NCBI RefSeq assembly: GCF_902713615.1 | Contig: NW_024055843.1 | Coordinates: forward strand, 597,065 to 661,064 | Source: Scyliorhinus canicula | Lineage: Eukaryota | Length of the DNA stretch: 64,000 nt | Direction: 5' to 3' | Shown here: positions 20,816 through 33,991 of the stretch, piece by piece | Layout of the letters: each line of letters starts with the position of its first letter | Numbering within the stretch: the first letter of the stretch is position 1 | Position numbers and translations under genes: made by a program | Notes under the pieces: generated by a model | What the model was told of the DNA's origin: nothing | Seen by the model: the letters and a program-made list of their open reading frames with translations, nothing else | The model's database searches: none

Positions 20816-21084
20816 GTTAGACCAAACCTGAGGAAGGATAGAATGGCCTCGGAGGGAGTGTAGCACAGATTTACCTGAGTGATATCTGAATACTCCGGGG
20901 TTAAATTACAAAACTAGATTACACAAAAGAGTCAGAGACACGATAACACAGAGAATGGCATTCGGCCTATTGAATCCATGCTAGCTCTCTGGAGCAATCC
21001 AGTCGGTTCCATTGTCCTGCGCTATCCCTGTATCCTCGCAGGTTTATTTCCCTCAAATGTCTATCCAATTTCCATGGGCTGCAT

Positions 21085-21310
21085 GGTGGCACAGTGGTTA
21101 GCACTGCTGCCTCACGGTGCCGAGATCACGGGTTCGATCCTGGCTCTGGGTCACCGTCCGTGTGGAGTTTGCACATTCTCCCTGTGTTTGTGAGGGTCTC
21201 ACCCCCACAACCCAAGATGTGCAGGGTAGGTGGATTGGCCACTCTAAATTGCCCGTTAATTGGGGAAAAATAAGAATTGGCTACTTTAAAGTTATTTTTT
21301 AAAAAAAGTC
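21085..21310 (+). mobile_element. V-SINE, A-tailed subfamily
   Basis: tRNA head and V core. Confidence 0.88.
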
Positions 21311-21904
21311 AATTTCCTTTTGAAATCAAATCATTCATTGTGTCTATTTTCAAACTCCCTCATAGGCAGCGAGTTTCAGGTCATTGCCGCTCGCTGTGTA
21401 AAAACATACATCTCATATCTCCTGCACTTTTTGCATACAAACTAGGAACAGGCCACTCGGCCCCTCGAGTATTGTTCCCACTGCCTTTTAAAGACACGAG
21501 TTCCAAAGTCTTACAACCCTTGAGAATAAAAATCCTCATCTCCATCTTAAATGGGTGTCCCCTTATTTTGCAACAGTGACACCCTTGTTCCAGATTCTCC
21601 CATAAGAGGAAACAGCCTCTCCACATCCACCCTGCCAAGACCCCTCAGGATCTTGTATTGTTCAATGCAGGTTTTACCAAAACTTTAAATCTGTGTCCCG
21701 ACTGCTTGTTTGATCAGTGAATGGAAACAGAGTTTCTTTGTCCACCTGATGGAAATCTGGCATAATCTTGTGTCCCTGAATCAAATCTCCCCCAACCTCC
21801 TTTGCTGGAACCATTCTGGTAAATCTCCTCTGCACCGTCGCCAGGAACCTTCACATCCTTCCTGAAGCGTGGTGACCAGAGCTTCATAAAGATTCATAGA
21901 ATCC

Positions 21905-22232
21905 TTACGGCGCAGGATTATAGAATTCACAGTGCAGAGGGGGGCTATTCGGCCCATCAGGTCTGTACCGGTGTTTGGAAAGAGCAGCCTACTTAAGCTT
22001 AAGCCCTCACCTTCACCCTGGCCCCGTAACCCAATAACCCCAACTAACCTTTGGACATTTAGGGGCAATTTAGCATGGCCAATCCACCTAACCTGCACAT
22101 CTTTAGACTGTGGGAGGAAACCCACGCAGACACGGGGAGAAAATGCAAACTCCACACAGATTCACCCAAGGCCAGAATCGAACACGGGTCCCTGGCGATG
22201 AGAGGAATCAGTGCTAACCACCATGCCACCAG
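21905..22232 (-). mobile_element. V-SINE with CR1-like tail
   Basis: tRNA head and V core on minus; tail ATAGAATTCACAGTGCAG on plus. Confidence 0.85.
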
Positions 22233-22638
22233 AAGCCTAGCTTCCGTTTTGCTTTTGTGGTATCAATATTACTGTTTATGAAGTTCAAGATTGAATTTGC
22301 TTTGTCTACTATTCTCTTAATCTGTCTTGTAGTTATACAAAATTCCTCTTCACCTCTTTCTCCTCCCAAAGAGGCCAGTTGGGTTTTTCTGACAATCCAG
22401 CCGTTTTCATGGTCACTTTTTCCCAGTGCCGGCCCCACAAATGATCAGATTCATTCAGCTCAATTTCACAACCTGCCTTTGTGTTTTTGCGGGTTTTCGC
22501 TCACTGCCTATTTTCTGTTTTCAATCAATTTCACAGGGTGTTTGAAGGGGAGGCTTCAAAGTCCGGAAACTCAAACCAAGCATCACATCAGGATCTGACA
22601 GAGTCCTCAATTTATCATATCCTGAATATCAGCAGATT

Positions 22639-23602
22639 TTGAACATGGAAGGAAAAAGCATCGTTCACAGTGGAGAGGAACCGTACATGTGTTGTGTGTG
22701 TGGACGAGGATTCAGTCAATCATCAGGCCTCACAAGCCACAAATGCACTTACACTGAGGAGAAACCGTGGAAATGTGCGGACTGTGGGAAAGGATTCACT
22801 TGCCCATCCAAGCTGGAAATTCATCGACGCAGTCACACCGGAGAGAGACCATTCATCTGTTCCAAGTGTGGGAAGGGATTCACTCAGTCATCCGACCTGC
22901 AGAAACACCAGCGAATTCACACTGGGGAGAGACCCTTCACTTGCTCCAAGTGTGGGAAGGGAATTCACTCGATCATGGCACCTGCTGAGACACTGGATGC
23001 AAGTTCACACTGACGAGAGAACGTTCAGGTGCTCTCACTGTGGGAAGGGATTCACTGAGTCATCCAAGCTGCGGGAGCACCAGCGACTTCACAGTGGGGA
23101 GAGACCATTCACCTGCTCCAAATGTGGGAAGAGATTCACTCAGTCATCCAACCTGCGGGAGCACCAGCGAGTTCATACTGGGGAGAGACTATTCACCTGC
23201 TCCAAATGTGGGAAGAGATTCACTCGGTCATCTGCCCTGCAGAGACACGAGCGAGTTCATACTGGGGAGAGACCATTCACCTGCTCCAAATGTGGGAAGG
23301 GATTCACTCGGTCATCCACCCTGCGGGACCACCAGCAAATTCACACTCGGGAGAGACCATTCACCTGCTCCAAATGTGGGAAGAGATTCACTCGGTCATC
23401 TTCCCTGCAGAGACACGAGCGAGTTCATACTGGGGAGAGACCATTCACCTGCTCCAAATGTGGGAAGGGATTCACTCAGTCATCTGACCTGCAGAGGCAC
23501 CAGCGAGTTCATACTGGGTAGAGACCATTCATCTGTTCAGAGTGTGGGAAAGAATTCAGTGATTCATCCCAAATGCTGAGACACCAACGAGGCCACAAGT
23601 AA
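22639..23602 (+). pseudogene. C2H2 zinc-finger gene ZNF-C, disrupted by a +1 frameshift and a nonsense codon
   Basis: Acceptor TTCACAG|G puts the exon start at 22537. Extra A in GGGAAGGGAATTCACT (about 22962) versus GGGAAGGGATTCACT in sister fingers. TAG at 23519-23521 replaces GAG in a TGERP linker. Ancestral stop TAA at 23600-23602. Confidence 0.8.
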
Positions 23603-23969
23603 CTACAGTGATTGGATTTTGCTGTTACTCACACTCAGGACTGAACCATATTCATTTGTGTCTCTTTCTGCTGATAACAAACTCCAGCCCATTTACAGGG
23701 GCTAATAATCTGACTGAAAGTCAAATTAATTAGATTTGTGTTAAATACGCAGTGTGTTGAAACTTTTTAATATCTCTGACACAAGTTATTTCCTTTTGAA
23801 GTTCTCTCACTCTCTCCTGTCTCTTCCATCCTCACCTCCAACAAGAAGTGTGAGGAGCTTGTGGAGCTTCTTTGTGACTGAGATTGAGTAAATCCGATCA
23901 GCTGCCTCTGCTGCTTCCCTCCCTTCCACGAGCCCACTGGACCAAACTGTCTAAATTTCATCCTTTTGA

Positions 23970-26060
23970 CTTCTGGTGGCGGCCATGGAGTAGGAGGTCG
24001 GGCATTTGGGAGCTCCCACTCGTGACGGACCTTTTGAACCTTTTCTCCCGATTTTGTTTTTTCCAGAATTTTATTAGAAACATCGGTGGAGAGTGAGACA
24101 GTGAGGAGAAATCCCCCACCAGTATGTGGAGCCGTCGACCAGAAATGGTCGTCCAAAAAGAATTAGTTGAGCAGCGAAGCTGACTGTAGAACCTGCAGCA
24201 CGGGAAAGCATGGCAGAGGCGCAGGATCCCGGTTTGGTGGCACAGTGGTCAATGTTACTGCGGGTGGAGTTCATTCAGGAGCTTCGCCAAGCAAATGAAG
24301 GCAACCTAATTAAGGCAAGGATTGATTGGGTGGAACAGGGGCTGGAAGCCCATGGACCGGCGATCCAGAAGGTGGCCAAGCACGAGGACCATTTAACCAC
24401 GTTGGAGGCAGAGGTGGGGCTGATGAGGGACCACCAGAAAAAGTTGCATGAGGACCTGGAGAACAGGTCCCAGAGACAGAACCTGAGGATTGTCGGCCTC
24501 CTGGAGGAGCAGTGAAGGGTCGGGCGCAAGGGCATGTGTGACAAATATGCTGGAAAAGCTGATGGGCGATGGGGCGTTTTCTCGACCCTTGGAAGTGGAC
24601 AGGGCGCATCGAGCGCTTGCGAGGCAGACACGAGCGATATGAACCCCCGACGGTGATCCGGGTGCGAATGCACCGGTTCCTGGGTGAGGAGCGGATTTTG
24701 CGGTGGGAAAAGCAGACATGGAGCTGCAAGTGGGAGAACTGTGAGCTGCGCATCTACCAAGACCTGGGCGTGAAACTGGCCAAAAGACGAGCTGGACTCA
24801 ATAGGGTAAAATAGGCCCTCTTCAAGCAGGGGGTGAAGTTTGGGTTGTTATACCCAATGCGTCTGTGGGTCACGTTTGAGGGCCAAGAACTTTACCTTGA
24901 ATCGCCGGACGAAGCGATGGACTTTATCTAAGACCAAAGGCTGGCTGGGGTGTGAGGACATTGAACCTTGGGGGAGGGTATTGCGGCCTCGATTCTGTTA
25001 ACGTTTTCTTAGTTTTGATCTGTATATGCAGTGCTCTCTGTAACAGTTTTCTAGACTGTTACTCAGATTTGTAAGTTAACTTTATTTCAGTAGGTAGATG
25101 ATGGAGGGATTTTTTCTACTGTGTGTTGATTGGGGACTGATGTTTTGAATCTGTATGTTGGGGGGGGGGGGAGAAGAGAGAACAATAGGGGAGAGGATGT
25201 CTGGCGCCATGGGCGGGGGTTACCAGGCTAGTTAGGTGGGCTAGCTCGTGGAAGTGCAGTGGGGGGTGAGCAGGTTGTGTTAAGGGGGGGTTGGGATTCT
25301 GGTGCTGCTAATAGTGGGGCGGAGGGGGAAGAGGGAGCTGCTCTGCTGACAGAGAGATTTGCTGGGAGAGAAAGGGGAGGTTGAGGACAGTGGATGCCCG
25401 AGGGCGGCCCCATGGAGACGAGGGGCACGAGCTGGAGGCTGGCCAAAGAAGGATGATCGGTGGGGGAGGGGGGAAACAGGCAGGCAGCCTCCTGACTAGG
25501 CTGACCACATGGAACGTGAGAGCTGAATGGGCCGGTTAAGAGGGCTCGCGTGTTCGCACATTTGAGGGGATTGAAGGAGGACGTAGCAATGATACACCTG
25601 AGGGTAATAGATCAAACCAGATTGAACAAGGGATGGAGCGGCCAAGCATTTCATTCGGGGCTGGACGTAAGACTGGGGGAGGGGGGTCACGATCCTGATC
25701 AACAAACGGGCGGTATTTGAGGCAGGGAGAATAGTGGTGGACGTGGGGGGCAGGTACATCATGGTGAATGGGAAGCTTGAGGGGTTGCTGGCGGTACTTG
25801 TGAATATACATGCACCAAACTGGGACGATGTGGAATTCATGAGGGTGTTGGATAAGATCCCGGACCTAGAGTTGCATAAGCTGATCATGTGGGGTGGGGA
25901 GAGGCTGCAGTATGGTCTTGATCCAAGGTTGGACCGGTCGAGGTCAAGGACAGGGAGGGTGCCAGTAGTAGTGGAGGAACTAAAGTGGTTCATGGAGCAA
26001 ATGAGGGGGGTGGGAGGAGGTAGACCCATGGATGTTCGGACCGCCAAGAGTGAAGGACTT
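23970..26060 (+). mobile_element. L1-clade LINE 5' part (5'UTR, ORF1, spacer, endonuclease), 3'-truncated
   Basis: EDLENRSQRQNLRIVGL (24210-24515); ELRIYQDLGVKLAKRRAGLNRVK; EN GRYIMVNGKL...VNIHAPN (25734-26090). Confidence 0.88.
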
Positions 26061-26125
26061 TTTTATTCTGAGCTGGGCTGTCGGGTCTAGTTGATGCTGA
26101 ATATTCACCAATTGCTGTGTCGGAC

Positions 26126-26655
26126 TGACAATCCTGATTCTTTTACTGTCAGTCTGGTCTCAATAAAATTTGAGACGGATTTGCAGGTATCAATTATTGT
26201 GTATTTTAACCAGCTAGCTGGGTGACTCAATCTACTGGGAGAGCAGAACACGACCACTGTCTCCTGAATCTTCAACAGCCAGAGTGAACAACGGGGCAAA
26301 ACATTTCTGTACAGATGCATTCAAGTTGCATCAAATTTCACATACATACGACCAAATAAGGCAACAGTAATGAATGCAAAATTCCCACAGGCTATCCCAA
26401 TATACTTCTTGACCTGGCCATATATCCTGATTGGCTCATTTCACATTCCTCAGCCCTGGGTTCACTTCACATTCTTCAGCCCTTTGGGGGGGGGGGGGGG
26501 GGCTTTCGCTCAGCATTCTCGTCCTAGCAATTACCCATCGCCCCTTCCTGACCCTGCTTCGCTCCGTTCCTTTGTTCCGGCTCCTATACCCGGGTATCCC
26601 CATTATCCTAACTAATTATCCCATTTTGTATCACATTCGATTGTTCAATTCCTCA
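26126..26655 (-). repeat. ERV 3' LTR (530 bp)
   Basis: Minus strand runs TGAGGAATTG...TGTCA; PPT AAAAGGAGGGAA directly precedes it (26656-26667). Confidence 0.88.
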
Positions 26656-28030
26656 TTCCCTCCTTTTATCATTTCATGATAACCTATTGGTCCAATCCCT
26701 AGCTGTGCTCAGGATTCCCCTCTCGCAGGATTCTGCTGAGAGCACCCGCACGCAGAGGGGCAGGGGACTGTAGTAGGGACTAGAGTCCTGATAGCGATTT
26801 GGCGGGGAAATGGAGGTGACAAAACATTGGTCGCTGTGCCATTAAAAGGGAAGTAGTATCCTTGATGCGTATACCGGCTAGCATCACAATCAGTATATCG
26901 GTTGAGCAGGGATCCCCCAGTAGCCCAGTTTATCCAACTTTGGAATGCCCATTTGGGCTTCCTAGCAATGCGGAAAGCTCAATTCTCGTACGACCGGGAG
27001 TCTCTATTGGGAGTGAAGTGGCTGGGTATATTCGCCCTCCACCGTTGAAACTTATACTGTGAATGGGAGTTATCCCAAGGAAGGGGAAGGCAAATAGCTG
27101 GTGGGGCCGAACCCTGATCGTAAGGAAGAGTAACTTGCTCGGGCGGTGGCTCGGAACGCTGACAGTGAACCACTGTTTTGGGAAGTTCCCCAAAGCAGTG
27201 AGACGGAAAATAACTTAGACACCGATGTGGGGTTTGGGTAGCAGACAACCCGTCCCTGGCCATACAAGCGGTGGTAGATTTGGTAGAAGAGATTCATGAT
27301 GCCCAGGTTCCCTATGTTCTGGGTCCTAAGTGAAGTAAATATATCTCCTGATAACCTACGTTCCCGTCGTGCCCCCCGTCTCACCATCTCCGTCCTCTCG
27401 CTTTTCCTCCTCTCTCCCCGACAACCTCCCCCCCCCCTCCCCCCCCCCGGGCACGGTCTGATTTTACCTTTATAGCACCAGTCTTATCACATCCAAAATC
27501 AAATTTACAATTACTCCAAAAACAAGGCAATATCCACGCAATGTTCCCTTCCCCTCGCCAGGACCGATATAATTGTTCGTTGTCCATTAACTTGATAACC
27601 TTCCATGAGTCGACACTATTCCCTCGTACATGGGGGCAGCAGAGAACGTCACCTCTACAGAAGTGAAATGTCCTTGTAGTTTGGTCGGGATTACAGGTAT
27701 AAGATGGTGTTCAAAGTGAGGCGAAGCCGGGGACAGCACAGGCGGCCCGTATCCAACCCGTCATGCTCCACACCTGTAAAACAGCGCTGGGGAAAGGGGG
27801 CAGGTTAGTGACCGACCTTTTTGCAGTGGTGGAGGTGGACCCAAGCACTCCACCCCTCCACTTTAACTGCAGTGGGGGTGGTAAGCAGAACTTGGAAGGG
27901 CTCCTTTCACTGTAGCTCCAACCCTTTCCGAGTCCAGTTCTTAACCATGACATAACTACCAGGCTGCACTGATTTTTCATTTTTCAAGCGAGCTATGTAA
28001 TGGGGACTGTGACTGGTGAGCTGCTCGAAC

Positions 28031-28457
28031 CTAGCCATGGAGTTCCTTGAGGGCTTTAGTGAGGGCTGGAACATGGTTAGTCCTTTCTTCAGTCATATGG
28101 TGAAACTGCACCAGTCTGGGAACAGGCAGGTTCCAGGGGGTTCTAATGGGCCTGCCGTAAAAGATCTCGGCAGGAGAGAGTCGGGCCGATCCCGCAGGTA
28201 TGACCCACAGCTGGAAGAGGGCCACGGGGAGCACCTTAACCCACGTTAACCCCCCTGTCCACTCGTAATTTGGCCAATTTGGTTTTGAGGGTCTGACTGT
28301 GTCTCTCAACCAAGCCTGGCGTCTGTGGCCAGTGCGCACAGTGGAACTGCTGGCGTATGTCCAACTGGGAGCAAAATTCCTTGTTAATCTGTCCAATAAA
28401 ATGGGGCCCGTTATCAGAACTTAACAGCTGGTATTCCGTACATAAACACCTCATCAC
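28031..28457 (-). pseudogene. Retroviral integrase core relic
   Basis: SSDNGPHF...HCAHWPQTPGLVERHSQTLK and LTWVKVLPVAL...LSPAEIFYGRP in two frames. Confidence 0.85.
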
Positions 28458-30594
28458 ATTTTTACAGCCATTGGCTCTCCCTCCAGCTTCCGTCTGGTGT
28501 GATGGTCACCAGTAACGGGATGTCATCTTGGTGCGTGGTGATGGGCCGAGACTATCGGCATCATCCGAGCCATAGCCAGCTTACAACACATATTAAGACA
28601 TCCAATGATTATACAGTATACAATTATAATAACAAGTATCAATCCATGCATCAGGTAAAACCCCATGACCGAGCTATGAAAGCTAACTCTGAGCTGAATC
28701 CTGCTGTAGGGTTTATATCCCTCTTATAGCTGTACTGTCTCGCAACTATCCCGCATCCTTGTCATTCGTATGTACATTTCATGATTTGTAAACTGCACGG
28801 AAATCAATGGTAAATGCATCCATCTCGCAGACCAGTGTCGATAGACCCTTTGTATTGTTCTTTCCTCAAGTCCAATCACCGTGAACCATAGCTGTCACCG
28901 CTCAGGAAGGTAACACAATAGCTATGTCCGCGTGTTCCACTACCTCCAAGGCATCTGACTATCTTGGGGTAGCAGCACCGTAGAAGCTTCCTCATGTCCC
29001 TTAGAAACAGCACACAACTCAGTCCATCAGCGAAAAAAAATCCCTCACTTTTTTTTTTAGGAAGTGCTTTCCGTTTCTCAATGGAATGACAAATTATGAT
29101 ATTATGTATTATCCACTGATTACCTTGCTTTATTAATTGCAGGAGCTTCAACCGATCCTGTTTCTATTCCTGACTTCCTTACACTAACGTCAAACATTGT
29201 ACTGAACCATGTAGTCTGCCAGCTCTGGCTTACTTGAGACAATAGCTCAGTTTTCTTCAAACCCCTTTCATCCGTTATCATTTTCCTTACAGCATGAAGT
29301 GTATACTTGCCATTATTTGTTTGTTTGTTTGTCTTTTTTTTTACTTTGCAATGACACTACTCGCACATTTAATGCAGTTAACTTTTGGGGTTACAACCCA
29401 ATTAAATCCATACATAACAGTCCCTAACAACTTACAGGACATTTCGTCTGTTATACTCTCCAATGCTATATTGGTTGCTGCATTGGTTACAAATTTCCCC
29501 TCGTGGCATCAAGTTGCCAAGCTTCTTAAACTATTGTCATTTAAAATACGGGGGTTCCTCGTCAGTCGCTGCTGTCTGCCGAGACCCTTATTAACTCCAT
29601 CGCATAAGACTCGCCTCATGGAGACCACAGATCATCCATCAGCTAACGTCCAGTTTGAGATCTCTGACCGGACGTTTCACTTATTCGGTAATTTGATATT
29701 TTGATTTGTTTCTAACCCGTAAGGTTTTTCTTCCGGGCTCTATCATTTAATTCCCTCAAATATGTCACCAATTATATCGTTAGTTTTCCCCCACATACTG
29801 TCTGAAATATTCTTCTCCGGCGTGTTGTTCAGGTTCTTCATCTGTATTATTGTTGCTTCATCTGAAACCCAAATGAACAGGTCAAAGATGGAGAGGGCCC
29901 TGTTTCTTGATTTGTATCTTCCTATCCTTGCTTGGATGGTCCAGAAGTACCCTCTCCAGGACTTCCGGATTTCCATTGCCACCATTCCTCTTTTTCTAAT
30001 TCAGTGATTCAATCAGGTTGAAACTTTCCCTGATACTTTTCGGATATTGCTACTGCATCTACTTCAATGTTTTTAATTCTGATTGTGACAGGATTTTGTT
30101 TGAAAGCTAACTTCCGAACATGAAATTTTCACTCTTATCATCTGTCCTTTTTCCCTTGTCTGAGCGGTTGGGGGATATGATCTATCCTGTGGCACGGCAT
30201 CATTGCAGTGATACAGTCTCTAACACTGTTAGGCTAATTTTATGTCCCCAGGTCATCCCAACAGCATAAACTACGTACTCCCTCACTAATCGATACCACA
30301 AGTTTGTCACTTGTCCACAAGCTTGCACACTCTTTTCCAATCACTTGTCGCCAGCTAGGTTTTCTCCGCAGTAATTACAATTTGTCATTAGCACACCATC
30401 CCATGGTCAAAATCTATCTTGTGGCTACAAACTTCAATCATCAGTGATGCCTGATGTTTCACAAAACAATCATGACTAACTGAATTCCCCAAGTTTCCCT
30501 GGGAGCCGAAGCATTTCCCCATTTCTGTCGTTCTAAATGCAATATCAAATCGTCTGACTACGCTGTATCTGTCATTCGCCTAGGTTTCATATAT

Positions 30595-30890
30595 TTAGAA
30601 TTTACAGTGCAGAAGGAGGCCATTCGGCCCATCGAGTCTGCACCGGCTCCTGGAAAGAGCAACCCCACCCAACACTAAGGGCAATTTTGGACACAAAGGG
30701 CAATTTATCATGGCCAATCCACCTAACCTGCACATCTTTGGACTGTGGGAGGAAACCGGAGTACCCGGAGGAAACCCACGCACACAGGGAGGATGTGCAG
30801 ACTCCGCACAGACAGTGACCCAACCGGAATCGAATCTGGGACCTTGGAGCTGTGAAGCGATTGTGCTATCCACAATGCTACCGTGCTGCC
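30595..30890 (-). mobile_element. V-SINE with CR1-like tail inserted in the ERV
   Basis: tRNA head and V core. Confidence 0.88.
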
Positions 30891-31805
30891 ATATGATTAC
30901 TCCTTGACCAAACTACTGGGCTACAGGTCGTGCCACACCTTTGACACGATGTTTCATTATGTTCACAATGAATCATTTTAAACTGGGGACCAATTCTCTA
31001 ATTCAACTTCCCCCGTGCTTCTATCAGCTGTGATTTAAAAAGTACAAATTACTTTTGCTGCTCCTAGGAAAAAGAGGGCCTGCATACTCTCATGACCATT
31101 CCTCCATCGGTGTTTCTGTTTCTATGCTACTCCCTGTTTTGCCACCATTTTCTTTCCTGAAATGTTTAAAATGGATGCCCATCTAGCTTGTTTTCGTCCT
31201 CAACTTTACTACCATCTGTATGTACCAACTCTGTTTTGCTAACTGATTTATCAAGTTTCTGTACCTTTGTAATGTTATGAATAAACATTAAGGCAGGGTG
31301 TGAAAGAATGGTTTCCCATCTTTCCCATCGAGCTATATTTGCGCCTTGCTGGCAACCCTGTCTCTTGGTTAACTCTTGTCAATTCTAAAATTCAGTTTTA
31401 ACCCACTGCTATCCTTTTTTGTTATGGCTGCCAGACATTTTGCGATGTCCGAAAACTTTTATCCAGCTCTTGCCCAATTTCCTATCAAATTTTGATAGGT
31501 GTCTGAGTACTATGATTAGCAAGCATGGTACCCTATCCATTTGCTTACAGATCAAATTTAATGCTCAAATCGTCCCTTCATGTCTCTCCTCTAATGGCCT
31601 GGATGTTGCTACAACTGTTTTTAACTAGTCCAAACTGTGCTTCACTGGTCCAACTAAAATCCCTTTTCCAAAGTTTCATAAATGGGTCTAGCATAAAGAC
31701 TAAAGTCTTCCACTACTGGTCTCAAATACCCCAAATTTCTCATGATTTGCTGAACCCCACTTCATGAAATGGGCGCTGTGATTCTAGAAACTTTTTCTCT
31801 CATCC

Positions 31806-32620
31806 CTACCTGCCTTTGACACTGATGCTCCTGCCAATCTGACATTTCTTTACCCCTATTTTAAATCCTACTTCACTAAGTGTTTTAATAATTTTGGTCA
31901 CTCTTTCAACATGTGTCCCCTGATCATCATCCCCAATTAACACATCATCAATATATACTAAAGCGAAGTCATCTTTAATCAGCTCCCTTACTATTTCCTG
32001 AAAGTGATTCGGGGAATTAACATACCCTTGTGTCAATTTACAGTATGCACAATGTTTAGTGTCAAAGGTAAAGGCTGTCTCTTCCCTGTTCTTTACTCAG
32101 AGAGTAGTAAGGGCGTGGAATGCCCTGCCTGCAATAGTAGTGGACTCGCCAATACTAAACGCTTTCAAATGATCATTGGATAGGCATTTGGACGATAAGG
32201 GAATAGTGTAGAGGGCCTTTAGAAGGGTTTCACAGGACGGCTCAACAAAGAGGGCCGAAGGGCCTGTACTGCGCTGTAATATTCTATGTTGTCTGGGTCT
32301 AATGGAACACTCCAGAAACAGTTGGCTAAATCTATAGTAGTTAAATAAGTTTTGCCTGCCACCTTTCCAACGTAGTTTGTGAATTTCTTAAATACCGTTT
32401 ATCCTTTTTTTGTGACCTTCGTTAATGCTTTGTAATCTATTACCATTCTAAATGTACCATCAGGTTTGCTAACTGTCTGAAGTGGGCTCTTCGTCAATGC
32501 ATATGTGACTTCTTGAATGATTCCGTGCTGTTCCAAGTCTTTGATCATTATCTCCAGCTCGCATTTGGCACCTCGGGTCAAGGGGTATTGCTTTTACGGC
32601 CTGTGTCGGTTTCCCTGAAT
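31806..32620 (-). pseudogene. Retroviral reverse transcriptase relic, spuma/foamy-like, with a CR1 tail inserted at about 32090-32290
   Basis: KQYPL, KPDGTFRMVIDYKAL, LTTIDLANCFWSVPL, TAFTF, TQGYVNSPNHF, VYIDDVL. Confidence 0.85.
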
Positions 32621-33970
32621 TGTGTGCTGGAATTGTGTGCTGATTACCCCTGTGTCATTCTTTCTTTTGCTAGTTTTGCTTTCACTATTTCCTCCAGTTA
32701 CCAGTCAGTTTTTATATCTTAATTTTTCTTTTTATGCATCTATTTTATTAATCTTTTCCTGCCATCAGATTCTCATTTCCTGATACTGCAAGTAATATTC
32801 CCAATCTAAGCTCCAGTCCCATATCTCTATTCCCTAAAGCTCCATCAGCTTGCAAGGCAGCGGGCACTAGGACCTGGTGGAGCTGTGCCATATCACTTCC
32901 ATCGCCTCAGACTCATCTAGATCCCTTTGTTCCAGGACTATGCCGAGTTCAAACTAATCATTTACAAATCCCAATTCATACATTTTGATTTCGCTTTTTG
33001 TTTACTTCCTGAGAATTGTGTCCTAATTAACTCCCACAATGTTAATCATTATTACAGATTTTCTAAAGAACTTTCAAATACTAACCCCGTTTTAAATCTC
33101 ACTTTAACTGCCGTATATTTGCTCCTCCTAATTGATGTGCAACTTCGTTTTAATAACAACATTTTAATAACTAGGAATACCAGAGGAAGTTCACAAATTC
33201 TTATTAAACAGGCTCATTCAGTTGTTGGAGATCTCCGTTCAAACAAAAGGAATTCAAAGCATTATACTTCCATTCATCTCAACCAACCGAACAATAAAAG
33301 TTTGAATTGCAGAGAACCCACAATATAATTTTAACAATCCTGAGAGCTCCACTTTCCGATATAGTTCTAAACTTCTGGTTCCCCCTAGTGGCCATTCATC
33401 TCCCAATTTGTTGTTTCACCCATATTCCCAAGAATAAATTTTTAATTTAGCCAATTCTAATTGTACGGAATTGAATTGTCTCCAGAACATTCCATCAGCG
33501 GTCTTAACTGAATTGTCTCTGTGACATTCCCTCAACCCGTTAAAGACCTTAACCGAATTAAAGTGTAATTTAATATAACCAATTTTAGCCAATTCTAATT
33601 GTACGGAATTGAATTGTCTCCAGAATATTCCATCAGCGGTCTTAACTGAATTGTCTCCGTGACATTCCCTCAACCCGCAATCAACCTTTAACTGAACTAA
33701 CACTATGATATTACCCTCAGTTCTCATCAACCCTCAGTCGTACCTACATCGACTGAAATTAATTCTTCTAATCCGCCAGACTGACCTTTGATTTCATCTA
33801 GACGATCTTACCTGATCAAATGCGAGTGATTATACTGTAATCAGATTCGAGAGAGAGGAAAATCGACATGGTCATTTTCCAGCTACTCATATCGTGGGCC
33901 CATTTCCTCTTTCCCCGTCCGAGATCAGTCCAATTCTGATTTCGCAGATGAGAGGGGATTGTCTGGAGAA

Positions 33971-33989
33971 ATCCCGCATTTCAGCACCA
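33971..33989 (-). other. Primer-binding site, tRNA-Phe-like
   Basis: Minus strand TGGTGCTGAAATGCGGGAT, 2 nt from the LTR end; 3 mismatches to the tRNA-Phe PBS TGGTGCCGAAACCCGGGAT as I recall it. Confidence 0.65.
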
Positions 33990-33991
33990 AA

